Below are positions 38,801 to 49,488 of a stretch of 62,097 nucleotides of DNA, in pieces. Numbering within the stretch: the stretch's first letter is position 1; every line of letters starts with the position of its first letter. The DNA comes from a virus (taxonomy: Duplodnaviria; Caudoviricetes): IMG/VR virus record IMGVR_UViG_3300018041_000006, positions 1 through 62,097 of that record; one strand, given 5' to 3'. The translations under genes and the position numbers were made by a program. A model generated the notes under the pieces. That model did no database searches. It saw only the letters and a program-made list of their open reading frames with translations, and was not told the DNA's origin.

Positions 38801-40114
38801 TTAAGATTTTATTTTTTTACTTACGACAATTTCCGCATCTTCAAATCTTGCGTAATCATCAATCATTCCTTCTCTAAAAATACCGCCAATCATTCTTCCT
38901 TTAAATACGCCATCAGTACCAAATATGTAGCAATTTTTTGCAGTGCAACTACCATGAAAATATGATGACTTTATTTTAGAATTAGAAATTTCAGTACTTT
39001 GGTATAAATTACATTTTTCTAATGTTGATTTATCTACCTTACAATTATGAAAATCAGATTGAAATACATTACCATCTACTATACAATCTACTAAATCTAC
39101 ATCTTTAAGCTCGTAACACACTGGAAATTCGCCATCTTTAATCTGAAGTCTTGATATATCTGAATCATAATTAATAATACCCTTTGTTAAACCTCCCAAA
39201 GATATAATATCGACAATTCTATTTTTAATTCTACCCCACTGCATTTCAATAATAGCATCTATTTCTTGTAGATCAACCATTATATGAATATCTGGAAAAT
39301 ACTTCTTAATATTTTTATGACTTGCTAATATGCTTCGATATGGTAAATTCTTATTTAGAATCTTTTTTAATTCTAATCTATTTTCTTCTGTAAAATTAAA
39401 GTCTGAACATGACTTCCAAATTTGAACAATAAATCTCTCAAGAAGATATAAAATATCTTCTTGTCTATGTTCGTAGTCTTTTCCTCCAATATATCTAAAC
39501 TCAAGATAATTTTTTACTTTCTTATCAAAGTTTATTCCATAATATTTAGTATTTGGAAAATTAAAATTATTATGGGAAATTTGAGAGCTATCAAAATAAA
39601 ATGATTCATTTTTTGGCATAATCCACTTAATAGATTTGGCATATATAGAATCTTTTCTATTAGGAAAGAATTTGTATACTTGATCTTCATTAAAATCAAG
39701 AATAAATTTTAAAGTATTCATTCTTGAAATCATATTTTTATCTTCCAATGAGTGTTTTTGGAATGATAAATTTAAATGGATTGATGATCTTTCTGTAGTA
39801 TATCCATTTTCTCTAATCCATGCTAGCATTTTAATTATTATAATTCTAGCGTTTCGATATGGTACTGCTCCAGTGACTAACTCAATTAGACCTTTACCCC
39901 CGCTCATGTCGGGCTCTATTTTAAATGTTTTTTCGTCTGGCTGAAAGTCAGAGTGAGCCTTGGTCTCAATACGAATATCACGACCTAAAAGAACCTTGAG
40001 CATATCTCTGGTCTCTTCTAGATCGTGATTTGAGTAGAATTCAAACTCAACGCCTATTTGAGAAGCATTGAGTATTGAATTTCTATCTGAATTTTTATTT
40101 AATGTTTGCATCAA
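38801..40114 (-). CDS. Amidoligase_2-like (COOH-NH2 ligase) enzyme with C-terminal beta-helix-like repeats
   Basis: IGVEFEF, EPDMS, ELVT, SIHLNLS, KYYGIN, LEFRYIGG; C-terminal pentapeptide-like repeats. Confidence 0.72.
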   Translation of the reverse strand: MMQTLNKNSDRNSILNASQIGVEFEFYSNHDLEETRDMLKVLLGRDIRIETKAHSDFQPDEKTFKIEPDMSGGKGLIELVTGAVPYRNARIIIIKMLAWIRENGYTTERSSIHLNLSFQKHSLEDKNMISRMNTLKFILDFNEDQVYKFFPNRKDSIYAKSIKWIMPKNESFYFDSSQISHNNFNFPNTKYYGINFDKKVKNYLEFRYIGGKDYEHRQEDILYLLERFIVQIWKSCSDFNFTEENRLELKKILNKNLPYRSILASHKNIKKYFPDIHIMVDLQEIDAIIEMQWGRIKNRIVDIISLGGLTKGIINYDSDISRLQIKDGEFPVCYELKDVDLVDCIVDGNVFQSDFHNCKVDKSTLEKCNLYQSTEISNSKIKSSYFHGSCTAKNCYIFGTDGVFKGRMIGGIFREGMIDDYARFEDAEIVVSKKIKS

Positions 40115-40164
40115 CTAATATGATATTATACTCTATTGTATATATCATAAGTAGTTGAGTGAAC

Positions 40165-41448
40165 TTATTCAGGAAGTTTTAAGAAGATCTTTTGAGAATC
40201 TTTATCGACTCTACTTATTTGTACAGTTATGGAATCTCCCGAGTTATAAAGATCTATGATACCATCTGGCAATTCACTAACGTGTAATAATCCAACCAAA
40301 CCTTCTTCTACGGTTATAAAAATACCATAATCTTTTTTAGTTTTTACTTTGGCTTCTACAACACATGGAATTTTAAATCTTTTTTCTATATCTTTCCAGG
40401 GATTGTTAATCGTCTCGGCCTTTTGGCTTAAAGTAATCTTAGAATTACTAATAATATCTTTTACCCAAAATTCTACAGAATCTCCTGGTTTAATTTGTCT
40501 AGATTTAAAGTTCTTTAAAGTTTCTTCATCTAAATCATTTATATGGATCATTCCAGTTAAACAATTATTAAATTCAACAAATACACCATATTTAGCAGTT
40601 CCAGTAACAGATCCAGTTTGCTTATTTTCAATATCAGCTTTAAGATTATCTATTTCTGTAGGAATCATCGCCTGTAGGTATTTTCTATGAGAAACTACAA
40701 TTGTTCCACGTTCATTTGAAAAACTAACAGGAACAACATATAATTCTTCGCCGATAATTGACTCAAAATCATGTAATTTATTAATTCCGGCAAGAGAACC
40801 TGGCATAAAACATTCAACTCCCTGGATATTAACAATATAACCTCCATTTTCAATCATATGTGAAACTTTACCAACCCATGCAGTATCTGCGGTATCAATG
40901 CCAGCCTGAAGATCTATGAATACTTTTTGCTTCATTCCTCCAGAAATAGAACCAATAACCATCGAATTAACTCCTGTATTTCCAGGATCAGTGATTAATA
41001 CTGCAACTTCATCACCTGGCTTATAATCTTCTAAAACCGATCCAGGTTCTTTTGAAAGCTTTACGTAAACCATTTCTCGATAACTGACATCAACAGTCAT
41101 CCAATGTTCACTCACACCATATATTTTTCCATCAACAATGTCTCCTAAATTAATAATTGTTCTTAGGTTAATTGAATCTTCGTGCGCTGAATAGGTATCA
41201 TATAGCTGTTGAGCATATGGTTCTCTTGAAAAAACTTTATCTCTTCCGTTAGTTTTAATGTGTGGATTTGGCGTGCGAGTCCTGGTAATACATGTTGCTT
41301 CATATGCCTCCCAGTCAAAATCTCCTTCAGGAGTTAGCCAATTTTCTTCTTCAGTCTTTTGTTCGATTACGTTAGAAGTAGACTTTTCTTCTAATACTAA
41401 GGATCCCTTATCTAAGGTAGTAATCCTTTTACGTTGTTGTTCTGACAT
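40165..41448 (-). CDS. rpsA: Ribosomal protein S1 homologue (4 S1 domains)
   Basis: GGYIVNIQGVECFMPGS, IVVSHR, YGVFVEF..GMIHINDL, YGIFI..GLLHVSEL; N-terminal DFDWEAYE. Confidence 0.85.
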   Translation of the reverse strand: MSEQQRKRITTLDKGSLVLEEKSTSNVIEQKTEEENWLTPEGDFDWEAYEATCITRTRTPNPHIKTNGRDKVFSREPYAQQLYDTYSAHEDSINLRTIINLGDIVDGKIYGVSEHWMTVDVSYREMVYVKLSKEPGSVLEDYKPGDEVAVLITDPGNTGVNSMVIGSISGGMKQKVFIDLQAGIDTADTAWVGKVSHMIENGGYIVNIQGVECFMPGSLAGINKLHDFESIIGEELYVVPVSFSNERGTIVVSHRKYLQAMIPTEIDNLKADIENKQTGSVTGTAKYGVFVEFNNCLTGMIHINDLDEETLKNFKSRQIKPGDSVEFWVKDIISNSKITLSQKAETINNPWKDIEKRFKIPCVVEAKVKTKKDYGIFITVEEGLVGLLHVSELPDGIIDLYNSGDSITVQISRVDKDSQKIFLKLPE

Positions 41449-41478
41449 TTATTTTTTAGATTAAAGTGTAATACAATA

Positions 41479-41488
41479 TTATATATCT
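41479..41488 (-). promoter_or_regulatory. Late-type promoter motif (G/A)ATATATA, representative copy upstream of rpsA
   Basis: Same motif upstream of gene starts at 8647, 14124, 26496, 40138, 48859, 54287, 58065, 60763 and 61065. Confidence 0.65.
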
Positions 41489-41489
41489 A

Positions 41490-42203
41490 TTAAACCGTGA
41501 TTCCTTTCCAAGGTATTACGGTTGGTATTAAAACAGGTGGAGCAGGCACAAGACCTACATAAATTCCACTTATTGTTTCTAAGTGATTTTGAAAACCTTC
41601 TACTAAATCATTTAACATTTTAGAAAGAGCAGTGTTAAAATCTTGTTCATTATCATATTTAGAAAATGCATTTTTAAATCCACGTGCAACAGGAACTGGG
41701 TTTCCTGGGAAAAGAACAAGAGTTCCTGGGGCCGGAGTTGTTATTGGTGGAATTGTTGGAATTGGTAAAAAAGATCCAGGAGTAAGAGTAGTTGACCAAT
41801 AAAGAACAACTGCTGCACCAATTGGCAACATTAAAGGAATTGATGGCTTAATTCCAGTAGAATGCATAGTCTTAAGAACCCCTAATATCGCAGTTGCTAT
41901 TCCTTGTTTTGCTGTTTCCATTGCAGCATTGTATACTGCTGGATTAATAGGTCTAATTGTACCTAAATGTTCTTGTCTTGCAGTAGAGATTGCTAAATGA
42001 TATTCTTCAGCTATTTTATTAGCTGTTTTTTTCATTTCAGAATCAATATCTAAAACCTCAACGGTTTGTGTTGGGTCATTAGGGTCCGGTTCCGGAATTA
42101 GTAATGGAGACGGCATATCTTCTGCTGGAATAACACCAGACGCTGTTCCGTTAGTTCCTTGAAAATACAAATTCATATTAATTTTAAAAGAATCGAATGC
42201 CAT
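41490..42203 (-). CDS. Proline-rich hypothetical protein downstream of the spike gene
   Basis: 237-aa ORF coupled to 42203..42997. Confidence 0.55.
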   Translation of the reverse strand: MAFDSFKINMNLYFQGTNGTASGVIPAEDMPSPLLIPEPDPNDPTQTVEVLDIDSEMKKTANKIAEEYHLAISTARQEHLGTIRPINPAVYNAAMETAKQGIATAILGVLKTMHSTGIKPSIPLMLPIGAAVVLYWSTTLTPGSFLPIPTIPPITTPAPGTLVLFPGNPVPVARGFKNAFSKYDNEQDFNTALSKMLNDLVEGFQNHLETISGIYVGLVPAPPVLIPTVIPWKGITV

Positions 42204-42997
42204 TATAGAATAGAGTTAACGGTTAATTCTTGATTATAGTCATCAAGTTCATTAAAATACGTCTTAATTGTAGTTTTTCCAGATCCTTCAATTACCTCAT
42301 ATTTAGATACTTCTCCTGAATCAACTCTTTGATCTAGACCCTCAATAAGAGTAAATAAAATAGAATCTCTAGCATGTTTATCGCTTGGTAAATCACCGGA
42401 CTTTTCAATATTATATGTAATATTTCCTTCAGTAGCAGTTCCAATAACTTGATTTCCATGCATTAGCACGTCTTCTTCAAAATATTCACCAACAATAATC
42501 TTACCATTTACACTCATTTTAAAAGATTTTATGTAGTCTTCACACTTTTCTTTAATAAGCTTAGGTCTAATTATTATATTAGACCCTGAAGAAGTAATAG
42601 GTCTTTTACTACCCTCTTTATTAAAACTTGCTAGCTCATCATACAATTTTTTGCTGCCTTTAAATAATCCAATTGAAGATAGTACTATTATGTTATTAAA
42701 TTCTTCAGAAATATGCTCGTATATAAAATTTTTAGCAGATTTTTTAGATGTAAAAATAGGATCTATAGTTGAACATGCACTGACTACGTTTCCACTAGAT
42801 AGAGCATTTTTTAAGTTTTCTTTAGCTCCAGAGTTTTCTATCTCTCCAATAAAATTAAAAGTTTTATCATTTGATGTTTTTAAACTTCTTGCAATCAAAT
42901 CCTCACATGCCAAAATAATATTTTCGGCAACAGTGCTATGTGACGATGTTACAATATAACTTTCTTCGTAGGTTTCAATAAGTTTATCAAATGTCAT
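42203..42997 (-). CDS. Hypothetical protein
   Basis: 264-aa ORF in the operon. Confidence 0.55.
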   Translation of the reverse strand: MTFDKLIETYEESYIVTSSHSTVAENIILACEDLIARSLKTSNDKTFNFIGEIENSGAKENLKNALSSGNVVSACSTIDPIFTSKKSAKNFIYEHISEEFNNIIVLSSIGLFKGSKKLYDELASFNKEGSKRPITSSGSNIIIRPKLIKEKCEDYIKSFKMSVNGKIIVGEYFEEDVLMHGNQVIGTATEGNITYNIEKSGDLPSDKHARDSILFTLIEGLDQRVDSGEVSKYEVIEGSGKTTIKTYFNELDDYNQELTVNSIL

Positions 42998-43003
42998 TTT
43001 TTA

Positions 43004-43702
43004 CTATTTTTGCTGAATAAAACCAGGTCCTGTATTATTATTTATCTGTGTTTGTAGGTTAAGCATCGCTCCTAATTGAGGCGGAAGCGGAGGACCGGAA
43101 GGTCCAACTCCAGTTGGATGTGTGTGTCCATTAAACTGCGATATGATTTCAGATAAAAGATCAGCAAGAGTTTGGCCTTTAACTGCAGGCTCTGTCGTGT
43201 CTGTCCCAGACGTTGCAATATAGATTTTATCAGAGTTAATAAATATTTCTCCATCCGTAGAAAATCTAATCATAGGGGCATCTGTTTGGGACTCTCCAGT
43301 GGTCATAACTAAACCATCTTCTGGGGAATAATATAATCTAACCCCTCTTTCTTCGTCATACACGAGTGACACTACGTTTTCTGGGTTAGCACTGTTTTGT
43401 AAAACTTCCGATTTAAGTGCTTCATTTTGATTAACCTGAAACCAATATTCAGGGTGATAAACGTCTCCATTATCAAATCTAACAGCAACAATGTCTCCAA
43501 TTCTTGGAACAAAATGCTTTCCAGAAGTATCTCGATTCATAGGACTTGCCCATGGAATAACTTCATTTGGAAGTAAATCAAATTTACCAAACACTTTTAC
43601 TCTACACCTTCCGTTAAGTAATGGATCCACGTTGTCTACTACTTCGCCAATCCAATGAGTATCTCTAATATTGTCTTTATATAACTCTGTAGTTGTTGAC
43701 AT
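43004..43702 (-). CDS. gp5: Baseplate central spike (gp5 OB-fold/gpV-like), no lysozyme domain
   Basis: WIGEVVDNVDPLLNGRCRVKVFG, PRIGDIVAVRF; apex HTH (HxH) motif. Confidence 0.85.
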   Translation of the reverse strand: MSTTTELYKDNIRDTHWIGEVVDNVDPLLNGRCRVKVFGKFDLLPNEVIPWASPMNRDTSGKHFVPRIGDIVAVRFDNGDVYHPEYWFQVNQNEALKSEVLQNSANPENVVSLVYDEERGVRLYYSPEDGLVMTTGESQTDAPMIRFSTDGEIFINSDKIYIATSGTDTTEPAVKGQTLADLLSEIISQFNGHTHPTGVGPSGPPLPPQLGAMLNLQTQINNNTGPGFIQQK

Positions 43703-44958
43703 TATTTATGTGCATTTTCGTTAAGAGGCCCTTCACTATCCGGTGCAGTTCTATCATAAACACTAATTTTTCCAAGGGAATCATTATCTGTTGGCGTAGT
43801 ATCATAGACATTTGAACTTTCTAAAGTTTCATTATCAACAATATTAGATCCTGAATACACGTTTTCATAATTTAGAGGAGGCTTTTGACCTGGAACTGAA
43901 TCATACGCATTAGCATTAATCGGTTGCTCATTTTTAAGAGGTACTGGGTCGTATACTTCTCCGAGTCCTATTGAAGGTCCACTAGAATTATTTCCATTTC
44001 CAACAGCACTTCCTACTAGGTTAGCAATACCATTAATAGACCCCGTGCTTACTGCATCCTGAATTGAAGATGCCAAATTTAATCCATGTACATTTCCTAA
44101 AAGAGCTCGCGCTATAACATTATCAACTGTCCTATCAATAGCACCACTAACAACCTGTCCCGCTTTTTCTTTAGCAACGTCACCTATCATTTGGCCTAAA
44201 GTTCTGTCATCTTTAATGGCATTATTTGCATACTCTCCTGTATATGAAGCATTTTCAAAAAATATTTTAATTTTTGGAGCAGCTGGCTCAGATGGGCTCC
44301 TAGAAAGATCAGCAAAAATGCTATCAGTTGAGTCTGGATCAAATTGACAATATCCTAATTCTACTTTAAAAAATGGTCTAACATTTTTAACGCTATTATC
44401 TTTTCCAAAAACGTCTAAGTTTTCATTACCTGTTAATTGTGCGGCTCCATTTGAAAATCTTTGAGCAGATGATACCGCAAAATCTCTTACTTCAGAAACC
44501 CAAACCCACATTCTAAAACGCCTAATGTTTTTTGGTAAAACTTCAACCCATCTATCAAAATCAAAGGCTGCTCTTTTATATAAATCTATCATCCCAGAAG
44601 TAGTTAGCTCTACAGTCTCTAAACAACTTATTTCAAGTGCTGGATCACCTGCTCCCCAATAAGGTTCTGCAAGTTTTCCATATTTTCGGGTAGCATCTAA
44701 ACCAGAAACACTTTGCCAAAACCAAGGAAGCTCACTATTTACTCTTTTTAAAATTTTGATAAAATTTTCAAGCGATGTCGCTCTTTCTTCATCTTGTATA
44801 ACATTTCTAAGATAATTAAGAGCCTCTCCATTAAAAAGAGGAGATTCTTCAGAATAGTAATCAAACATAAAAAAGAACGACAAGTATGTAGGATCTTCCG
44901 CCATATTACTATAGCGATACCCTTTTCTAAAATCATTTATGGATTTAAAATCTTGCAT
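43702..44958 (-). CDS. Tail-tube-fold baseplate protein (gp48/gp54-like)
   Basis: WFWQSVSGLD...LEISCLE; hub-gene context. Confidence 0.4.
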   Translation of the reverse strand: MQDFKSINDFRKGYRYSNMAEDPTYLSFFFMFDYYSEESPLFNGEALNYLRNVIQDEERATSLENFIKILKRVNSELPWFWQSVSGLDATRKYGKLAEPYWGAGDPALEISCLETVELTTSGMIDLYKRAAFDFDRWVEVLPKNIRRFRMWVWVSEVRDFAVSSAQRFSNGAAQLTGNENLDVFGKDNSVKNVRPFFKVELGYCQFDPDSTDSIFADLSRSPSEPAAPKIKIFFENASYTGEYANNAIKDDRTLGQMIGDVAKEKAGQVVSGAIDRTVDNVIARALLGNVHGLNLASSIQDAVSTGSINGIANLVGSAVGNGNNSSGPSIGLGEVYDPVPLKNEQPINANAYDSVPGQKPPLNYENVYSGSNIVDNETLESSNVYDTTPTDNDSLGKISVYDRTAPDSEGPLNENAHK

Positions 44959-44966
44959 ATTCTAAT

Positions 44967-46481
44967 TTATGTATTTATTGAATTTACTGCAGACATTCTT
45001 GCCGGCCATTCCCTTCTAATTAATGTAACTTCTTGATAAAAGTTACTTCTTTTCATTCTATATACAATATCAATTGATTCTATTAAATAGTAACCAGAAA
45101 GAAATTGGTCTAGCATTTGATCTGGTTCTTTTTCGTCACTTTTTGGAATATCTACACTAGAATCTGTAAATCCTTTATCTTTTTTTGCTTCTTCTAGATT
45201 TTGGGCACCTTTAATTGCTCTTGAATCCGTGTGATATAGAAGTACTGGTATTTTTTGAAATCTATAAAGAGATGGGTTAAAAGATTCTAAAGTTATTTTT
45301 AGCTTTAATTTTTGAGTTTCATCAATATTTCTAATATTATGTAGCTGTGAAAATATATGATTCTGGTGGACATTTCCTAAACCTTCTGTGCCAACGTCTT
45401 GTCTTCCCATATATTTATGTTTAATTAAGCTAGAATATTCTTCAGATTCTCTATTTCCTTTTAAAGGTTCTTCAATATCTTTTAAATTTTCTGCATTAGC
45501 ACTAAGTGCTTCAACTGTAAATTCATCTAATCTTTCATCTGGAGACTCTGCATTGTCATCATAAATTTGAACATCTCTAAAATGACCATGTGCTTCTACT
45601 ACGATGTTTGATTTATTTTCAATTTCATACTTAGCAATATATTGATTAGTTGGTTTTAACTGTACATTATTTGTTAAAATAAGTTTTGTTTCAGTTGAAT
45701 CAATACTTTCATCAGTATGGTTTTCTTCTGCCATGCTAGTATTTAAAGAAGTCATATTGTCTTGAAGTTCATCTAATGAAAGATTTTTAGAATTTAAAAT
45801 TCTGTTTACATCTATAAAATTTAAATAATAATACGGATCTACGAAGTGGGTTTGAAAAGAATCATCAGAAACATACGATGACTTTACAATATTTCCTATA
45901 AAATCAACATAATTAATATATGCCTGTATTCTAACTTGAGGATCGGTTGTCTCGGTTATATTTGAAGCTAATCCTAATCCTAATTCTTCAGAAACTTTTT
46001 TAATATGTTCTATTGATGTATTTTCTTCTAAAAACTGACAATTTTCAGAAAATATCCTAGGAATTTTTACCCTTCCACTTATTGAAATCTTTTTAGGATC
46101 TCCTTCTTTTTTAGGAACTGCTGCTATATTTAAAACTTCAAAATCCATGTGAATGGATTTAAAAGTACTCTCGTTTTTTGAATTTATAAAAACTGTAAAA
46201 TTATCGCCGTCTCTAGGAAAAGCATCAACGGCAAATACATTTTTAGTATCTACTATAGTAACGTCACATGTTGGTAAAAATCCGCTATTAGATAATTCAA
46301 ATTGAAGAATATCGGTTTTTTCAAACTTATAATTATTCATAAATATTACAGGTTGGTCAATACCGAATGTCTTTGAAACTTTATCAGTCTCACCATTACC
46401 TTCTTCAAATGAAGGAGTTTCAATCTTTTTAGGTTGAATAGAAGGCTCAATTAGAGCTAATATGTTGTTATCTAATTCCAT
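44967..46481 (-). CDS. Baseplate hub protein (gp27-like)
   Basis: FLPTCDVTIVD...FPRDGD; C-terminal FLSGYYLIESI...QEVTLIRREW; lies between gp53 and gp5. Confidence 0.65.
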   Translation of the reverse strand: MELDNNILALIEPSIQPKKIETPSFEEGNGETDKVSKTFGIDQPVIFMNNYKFEKTDILQFELSNSGFLPTCDVTIVDTKNVFAVDAFPRDGDNFTVFINSKNESTFKSIHMDFEVLNIAAVPKKEGDPKKISISGRVKIPRIFSENCQFLEENTSIEHIKKVSEELGLGLASNITETTDPQVRIQAYINYVDFIGNIVKSSYVSDDSFQTHFVDPYYYLNFIDVNRILNSKNLSLDELQDNMTSLNTSMAEENHTDESIDSTETKLILTNNVQLKPTNQYIAKYEIENKSNIVVEAHGHFRDVQIYDDNAESPDERLDEFTVEALSANAENLKDIEEPLKGNRESEEYSSLIKHKYMGRQDVGTEGLGNVHQNHIFSQLHNIRNIDETQKLKLKITLESFNPSLYRFQKIPVLLYHTDSRAIKGAQNLEEAKKDKGFTDSSVDIPKSDEKEPDQMLDQFLSGYYLIESIDIVYRMKRSNFYQEVTLIRREWPARMSAVNSINT

Positions 46482-46488
46482 TTTAACC

Positions 46489-47046
46489 TTATGATCGATT
46501 AATGTTTGACTTTATGTTTGACTTAGATTCTTTAAGTATTTCATCTACAACTGAATCACTCTGAGCCTGTACACCAAATGTAATTTTTCCAGCATTAATT
46601 TTATAAGTCTTTTTTCCAACTGGAAGGACGTTTGGCGGTAATAAGTTTTCTTTATTATATTTCTTTTGAAGAGTTTTAATCCTATTTTGATCCTTTTTAC
46701 TTAATCTTTTAGTATCGATAAATTGTTGCTTTACAATGTTCTCTTCAACTTGCTTAGGTCTTTCATATTTTGCAAGAGGTATTTCTCTAATTGGAACAAT
46801 AATTTTCTCGCCTTCCTTTATTGAAAATGGGTCTGAAATATTATTGTACTTAAGTATAATATCTAATGCAGTTGGATCACCATAGTGTTTTGCGGCTATA
46901 AGATCTGGCCTTGCCTGTTCGTAATCATTAACAACATGTTCCGCTTCAATAATAGCGTTATCTTTATCGCTAAATAATATAGTAGGAACTGAAAGAATTA
47001 ATTTAGTTCCATCTGTAATTTTGTCAAGTATTGTCTTTAAATTCAT
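46489..47046 (-). CDS. gp53: Baseplate wedge gp53-like (LysM-like) protein
   Basis: RPDLIAAKHYGD...ILKYNNISDPFSIKEG. Confidence 0.8.
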   Translation of the reverse strand: MNLKTILDKITDGTKLILSVPTILFSDKDNAIIEAEHVVNDYEQARPDLIAAKHYGDPTALDIILKYNNISDPFSIKEGEKIIVPIREIPLAKYERPKQVEENIVKQQFIDTKRLSKKDQNRIKTLQKKYNKENLLPPNVLPVGKKTYKINAGKITFGVQAQSDSVVDEILKESKSNIKSNINRS

Positions 47047-47061
47047 GTAACTAAAATTATA

Positions 47062-48840
47062 TTAACCAGCGTTCATATCAGAAGATCTACGATACATTGC
47101 GTCTGACATAACCTTTCTTCCATATGGATCTGTAATTTTTGAATCCGGAGCCTGTGGTCCGTTTTCAGGTTGAATATACATTCTTCCTCTACCAGCGTTA
47201 AACATGCTTTCAATTTCACCCTTATCTCTAGGTCTTCCAGGTTTAAGAGTTATTGTAACTTTTAGCTTACTTGGAAAATCTTCATACCCTAAAGGTCCAT
47301 CAAATTCAAATTTTGCATCTTGTAGTGCCAAATTTCCAATGACCATCATTGGTGCAAGAGGATTTCCGACAGTTAAGTGCCATTGTCCAGTAGGATCTCC
47401 ACTAACAAATGCAGCAGCAATTTGAGACCCTTGTGGTCCATTAAATAACTTCATCAATCCTCCTCCAATAACATTATCTAATATTTTAGAATTACCAAAT
47501 CCTTTACTAATATCTTCCCATCCACCAGACATTGCTCCCATGAATTGGTCCTTTAAACTACCTAAAAATCCACCGTAATCTCCATTTTTAAGCTTTTGAT
47601 AATCTCCAAATCCTTTTTTACCAGTAGATCCACTTCCAGTGTATCTGGTTGCCCCTCCCCAGAAAGGTGCTGTATTATATGTTAGGGCTAAAATATTAGC
47701 CATAGTGTCCATAAATGCAGCCTTAGGTGATGTATTGCCATAGCCTCTAATATCATAATGGAATGTTAGGGTAAAATCTTGTTCAAAGATTAAACCTTGA
47801 TCTCGAGAAAGAACATTTTTTATAATATTGTATGGTCCAAAAACTTTATTCGGGTAAGTTTCTTTTGTAGGGTCATATCCAGCTCCCCTGCTTTGAATCA
47901 TTGCTGATTCTTCAGCACTTCTACCCGATAGACCACCTTGAATTGCAGAAAGAAGAGGGCTACCGTCAATTGCAGCACCTAAAGCCCCTCGATTTCCTTT
48001 AGAAGATTGTATTTCTTGTAGTTGTGATTCTACATCTTTCCACTTGAATCCAACTTTAAATTGAACAATAGATTTTAATTCATTACCAAGATGTGGTGAA
48101 AGCCAAGTTACTGCTCTTGCCAAATCAGGTTGGTGAGCATCAATTGCCTTTCCTGTATTATCAAAGGTCCTAGGACTAATTATGTCATCTGGGGTTGCGT
48201 ATGGAAACCTTCGTAAAGTTAGCAGATAGTTATTACTAATTGCTCCATAATGTTCACACTGTATAAAATCAGTTAAGTCATAATCATATCCTAAACTAGA
48301 TGAAGACTTTTTTACCTCTTCTACAATGTTCCTAGCAGTTGGATTAATAATTGGGTTAACAGCACCGTTTATTGTAGGTGGACCATATAGAGATTTTGAC
48401 ATCTCTTCTTTATTAGAGGTTGTTTCAATCCCGCTTTTTCCTCTAATGTTATTAGTCTTAAATAAATTCCATCTATTAAATTTTGAATTAACTGCCTGTC
48501 CAGGGTCGACCGTATCTCCTGCATCTTCTGTTTTTCCAGTACTGCCTGACCCAGAAGTCTCGACATTAACTTGATACTTTCTAGCTTGTTGTTCAGTTTG
48601 ACCTCCATAAAATCCTTTAGAATCAGCATTAATGTCCTGCAGAATAGTTCTTCCCGACGGCGTTGCCTCTCCGTTTTCTTCTACTGGATTATCTTTAGCC
48701 CCTTCGATTATATTTGAGGATGTAAATTCTCTGCCGCTTAAAACCTCTCTGTATAAGTATAGATCTCCATTTTTGCCGACATATTGTAGGGCTGAAGAAC
48801 TACCAGGAATAGCGTCTGTAATAGCAGTAATTATTGACAT
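47062..48840 (-). CDS. Putative baseplate/tail-tube initiation protein
   Basis: C-terminal tube-fold-like WHLTVGNP...FPSKLKVTITLK; first gene of the baseplate cluster. Confidence 0.45.
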   Translation of the reverse strand: MSIITAITDAIPGSSSALQYVGKNGDLYLYREVLSGREFTSSNIIEGAKDNPVEENGEATPSGRTILQDINADSKGFYGGQTEQQARKYQVNVETSGSGSTGKTEDAGDTVDPGQAVNSKFNRWNLFKTNNIRGKSGIETTSNKEEMSKSLYGPPTINGAVNPIINPTARNIVEEVKKSSSSLGYDYDLTDFIQCEHYGAISNNYLLTLRRFPYATPDDIISPRTFDNTGKAIDAHQPDLARAVTWLSPHLGNELKSIVQFKVGFKWKDVESQLQEIQSSKGNRGALGAAIDGSPLLSAIQGGLSGRSAEESAMIQSRGAGYDPTKETYPNKVFGPYNIIKNVLSRDQGLIFEQDFTLTFHYDIRGYGNTSPKAAFMDTMANILALTYNTAPFWGGATRYTGSGSTGKKGFGDYQKLKNGDYGGFLGSLKDQFMGAMSGGWEDISKGFGNSKILDNVIGGGLMKLFNGPQGSQIAAAFVSGDPTGQWHLTVGNPLAPMMVIGNLALQDAKFEFDGPLGYEDFPSKLKVTITLKPGRPRDKGEIESMFNAGRGRMYIQPENGPQAPDSKITDPYGRKVMSDAMYRRSSDMNAG

Positions 48841-48882
48841 ATATTGGGATATTTTTATTTATATATCCCAGTTAATATATTA

Positions 48883-49488
48883 CTACTTCCACTCGCCCAT
48901 ATCCATTTCTCTAGAAGTTGGATTATAGAACATATTTTCTAACCATTCCTCGCTATCTGGCATTCTTTCCCCTAAAAACTTTTTAAGATGTGTTATAAAT
49001 TCACCCTTCGAATTAAATGAATATTCACCATTAGACGCTCGATATGGCTGTCGAGTAGACATCTCATAAATATCTTTTATTTTCTGTTCTATCAGAAAAG
49101 TTTGTAAATTATTAAATAATTCTTGCTGTTGGTCTAAAGTCTTTGTGCAAAATATAGAATCTACAATAATAGTGTATTTTTTCCAATTAGGACCATCAAA
49201 TAAATTTTGAATTAGGTCATCAGAATTTTTGTAGTTTACACGCTTTGCATTAATGCGAGTTTCTTTACCTTCAAAATCTCTTATAAATCTACCCCCAAAA
49301 AGATTTTGCTTTAAAAAGTAAATATTATCATAAAACTTTTTAATTCTAATCTGATACTGTGGATTGAGATCGTCAAACTTAACGTCATAAATCATACCTC
49401 GAACTGGTATGAGGATATTTGGTTGTTGTGTTGTTGAAATTAAAGCTTGTACGTATTCACCTTTTGAAAAAATTTTATGCTTAATCAT
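48883..49488 (-). CDS. Hypothetical protein (SH3/KOW-like N-terminus)
   Basis: FSKGEYV...GMIYDV...YQIR. Confidence 0.55.
   Translation of the reverse strand: MIKHKIFSKGEYVQALISTTQQPNILIPVRGMIYDVKFDDLNPQYQIRIKKFYDNIYFLKQNLFGGRFIRDFEGKETRINAKRVNYKNSDDLIQNLFDGPNWKKYTIIVDSIFCTKTLDQQQELFNNLQTFLIEQKIKDIYEMSTRQPYRASNGEYSFNSKGEFITHLKKFLGERMPDSEEWLENMFYNPTSREMDMGEWK

Noticed and set aside
42203-44958. Tag-like starts MTFDKLIE and MQDFKSINDF
   Set aside because: Poor match to the FExF/xxE spacing and located in the baseplate operon; not counted among the 14
10824-48885. Stop-codon reassignment, as in some Bacteroidota phages
   Set aside because: Genes tile densely in code 11, and TAG ends conserved genes at expected positions (primase at 10824, gp5 at 43004)
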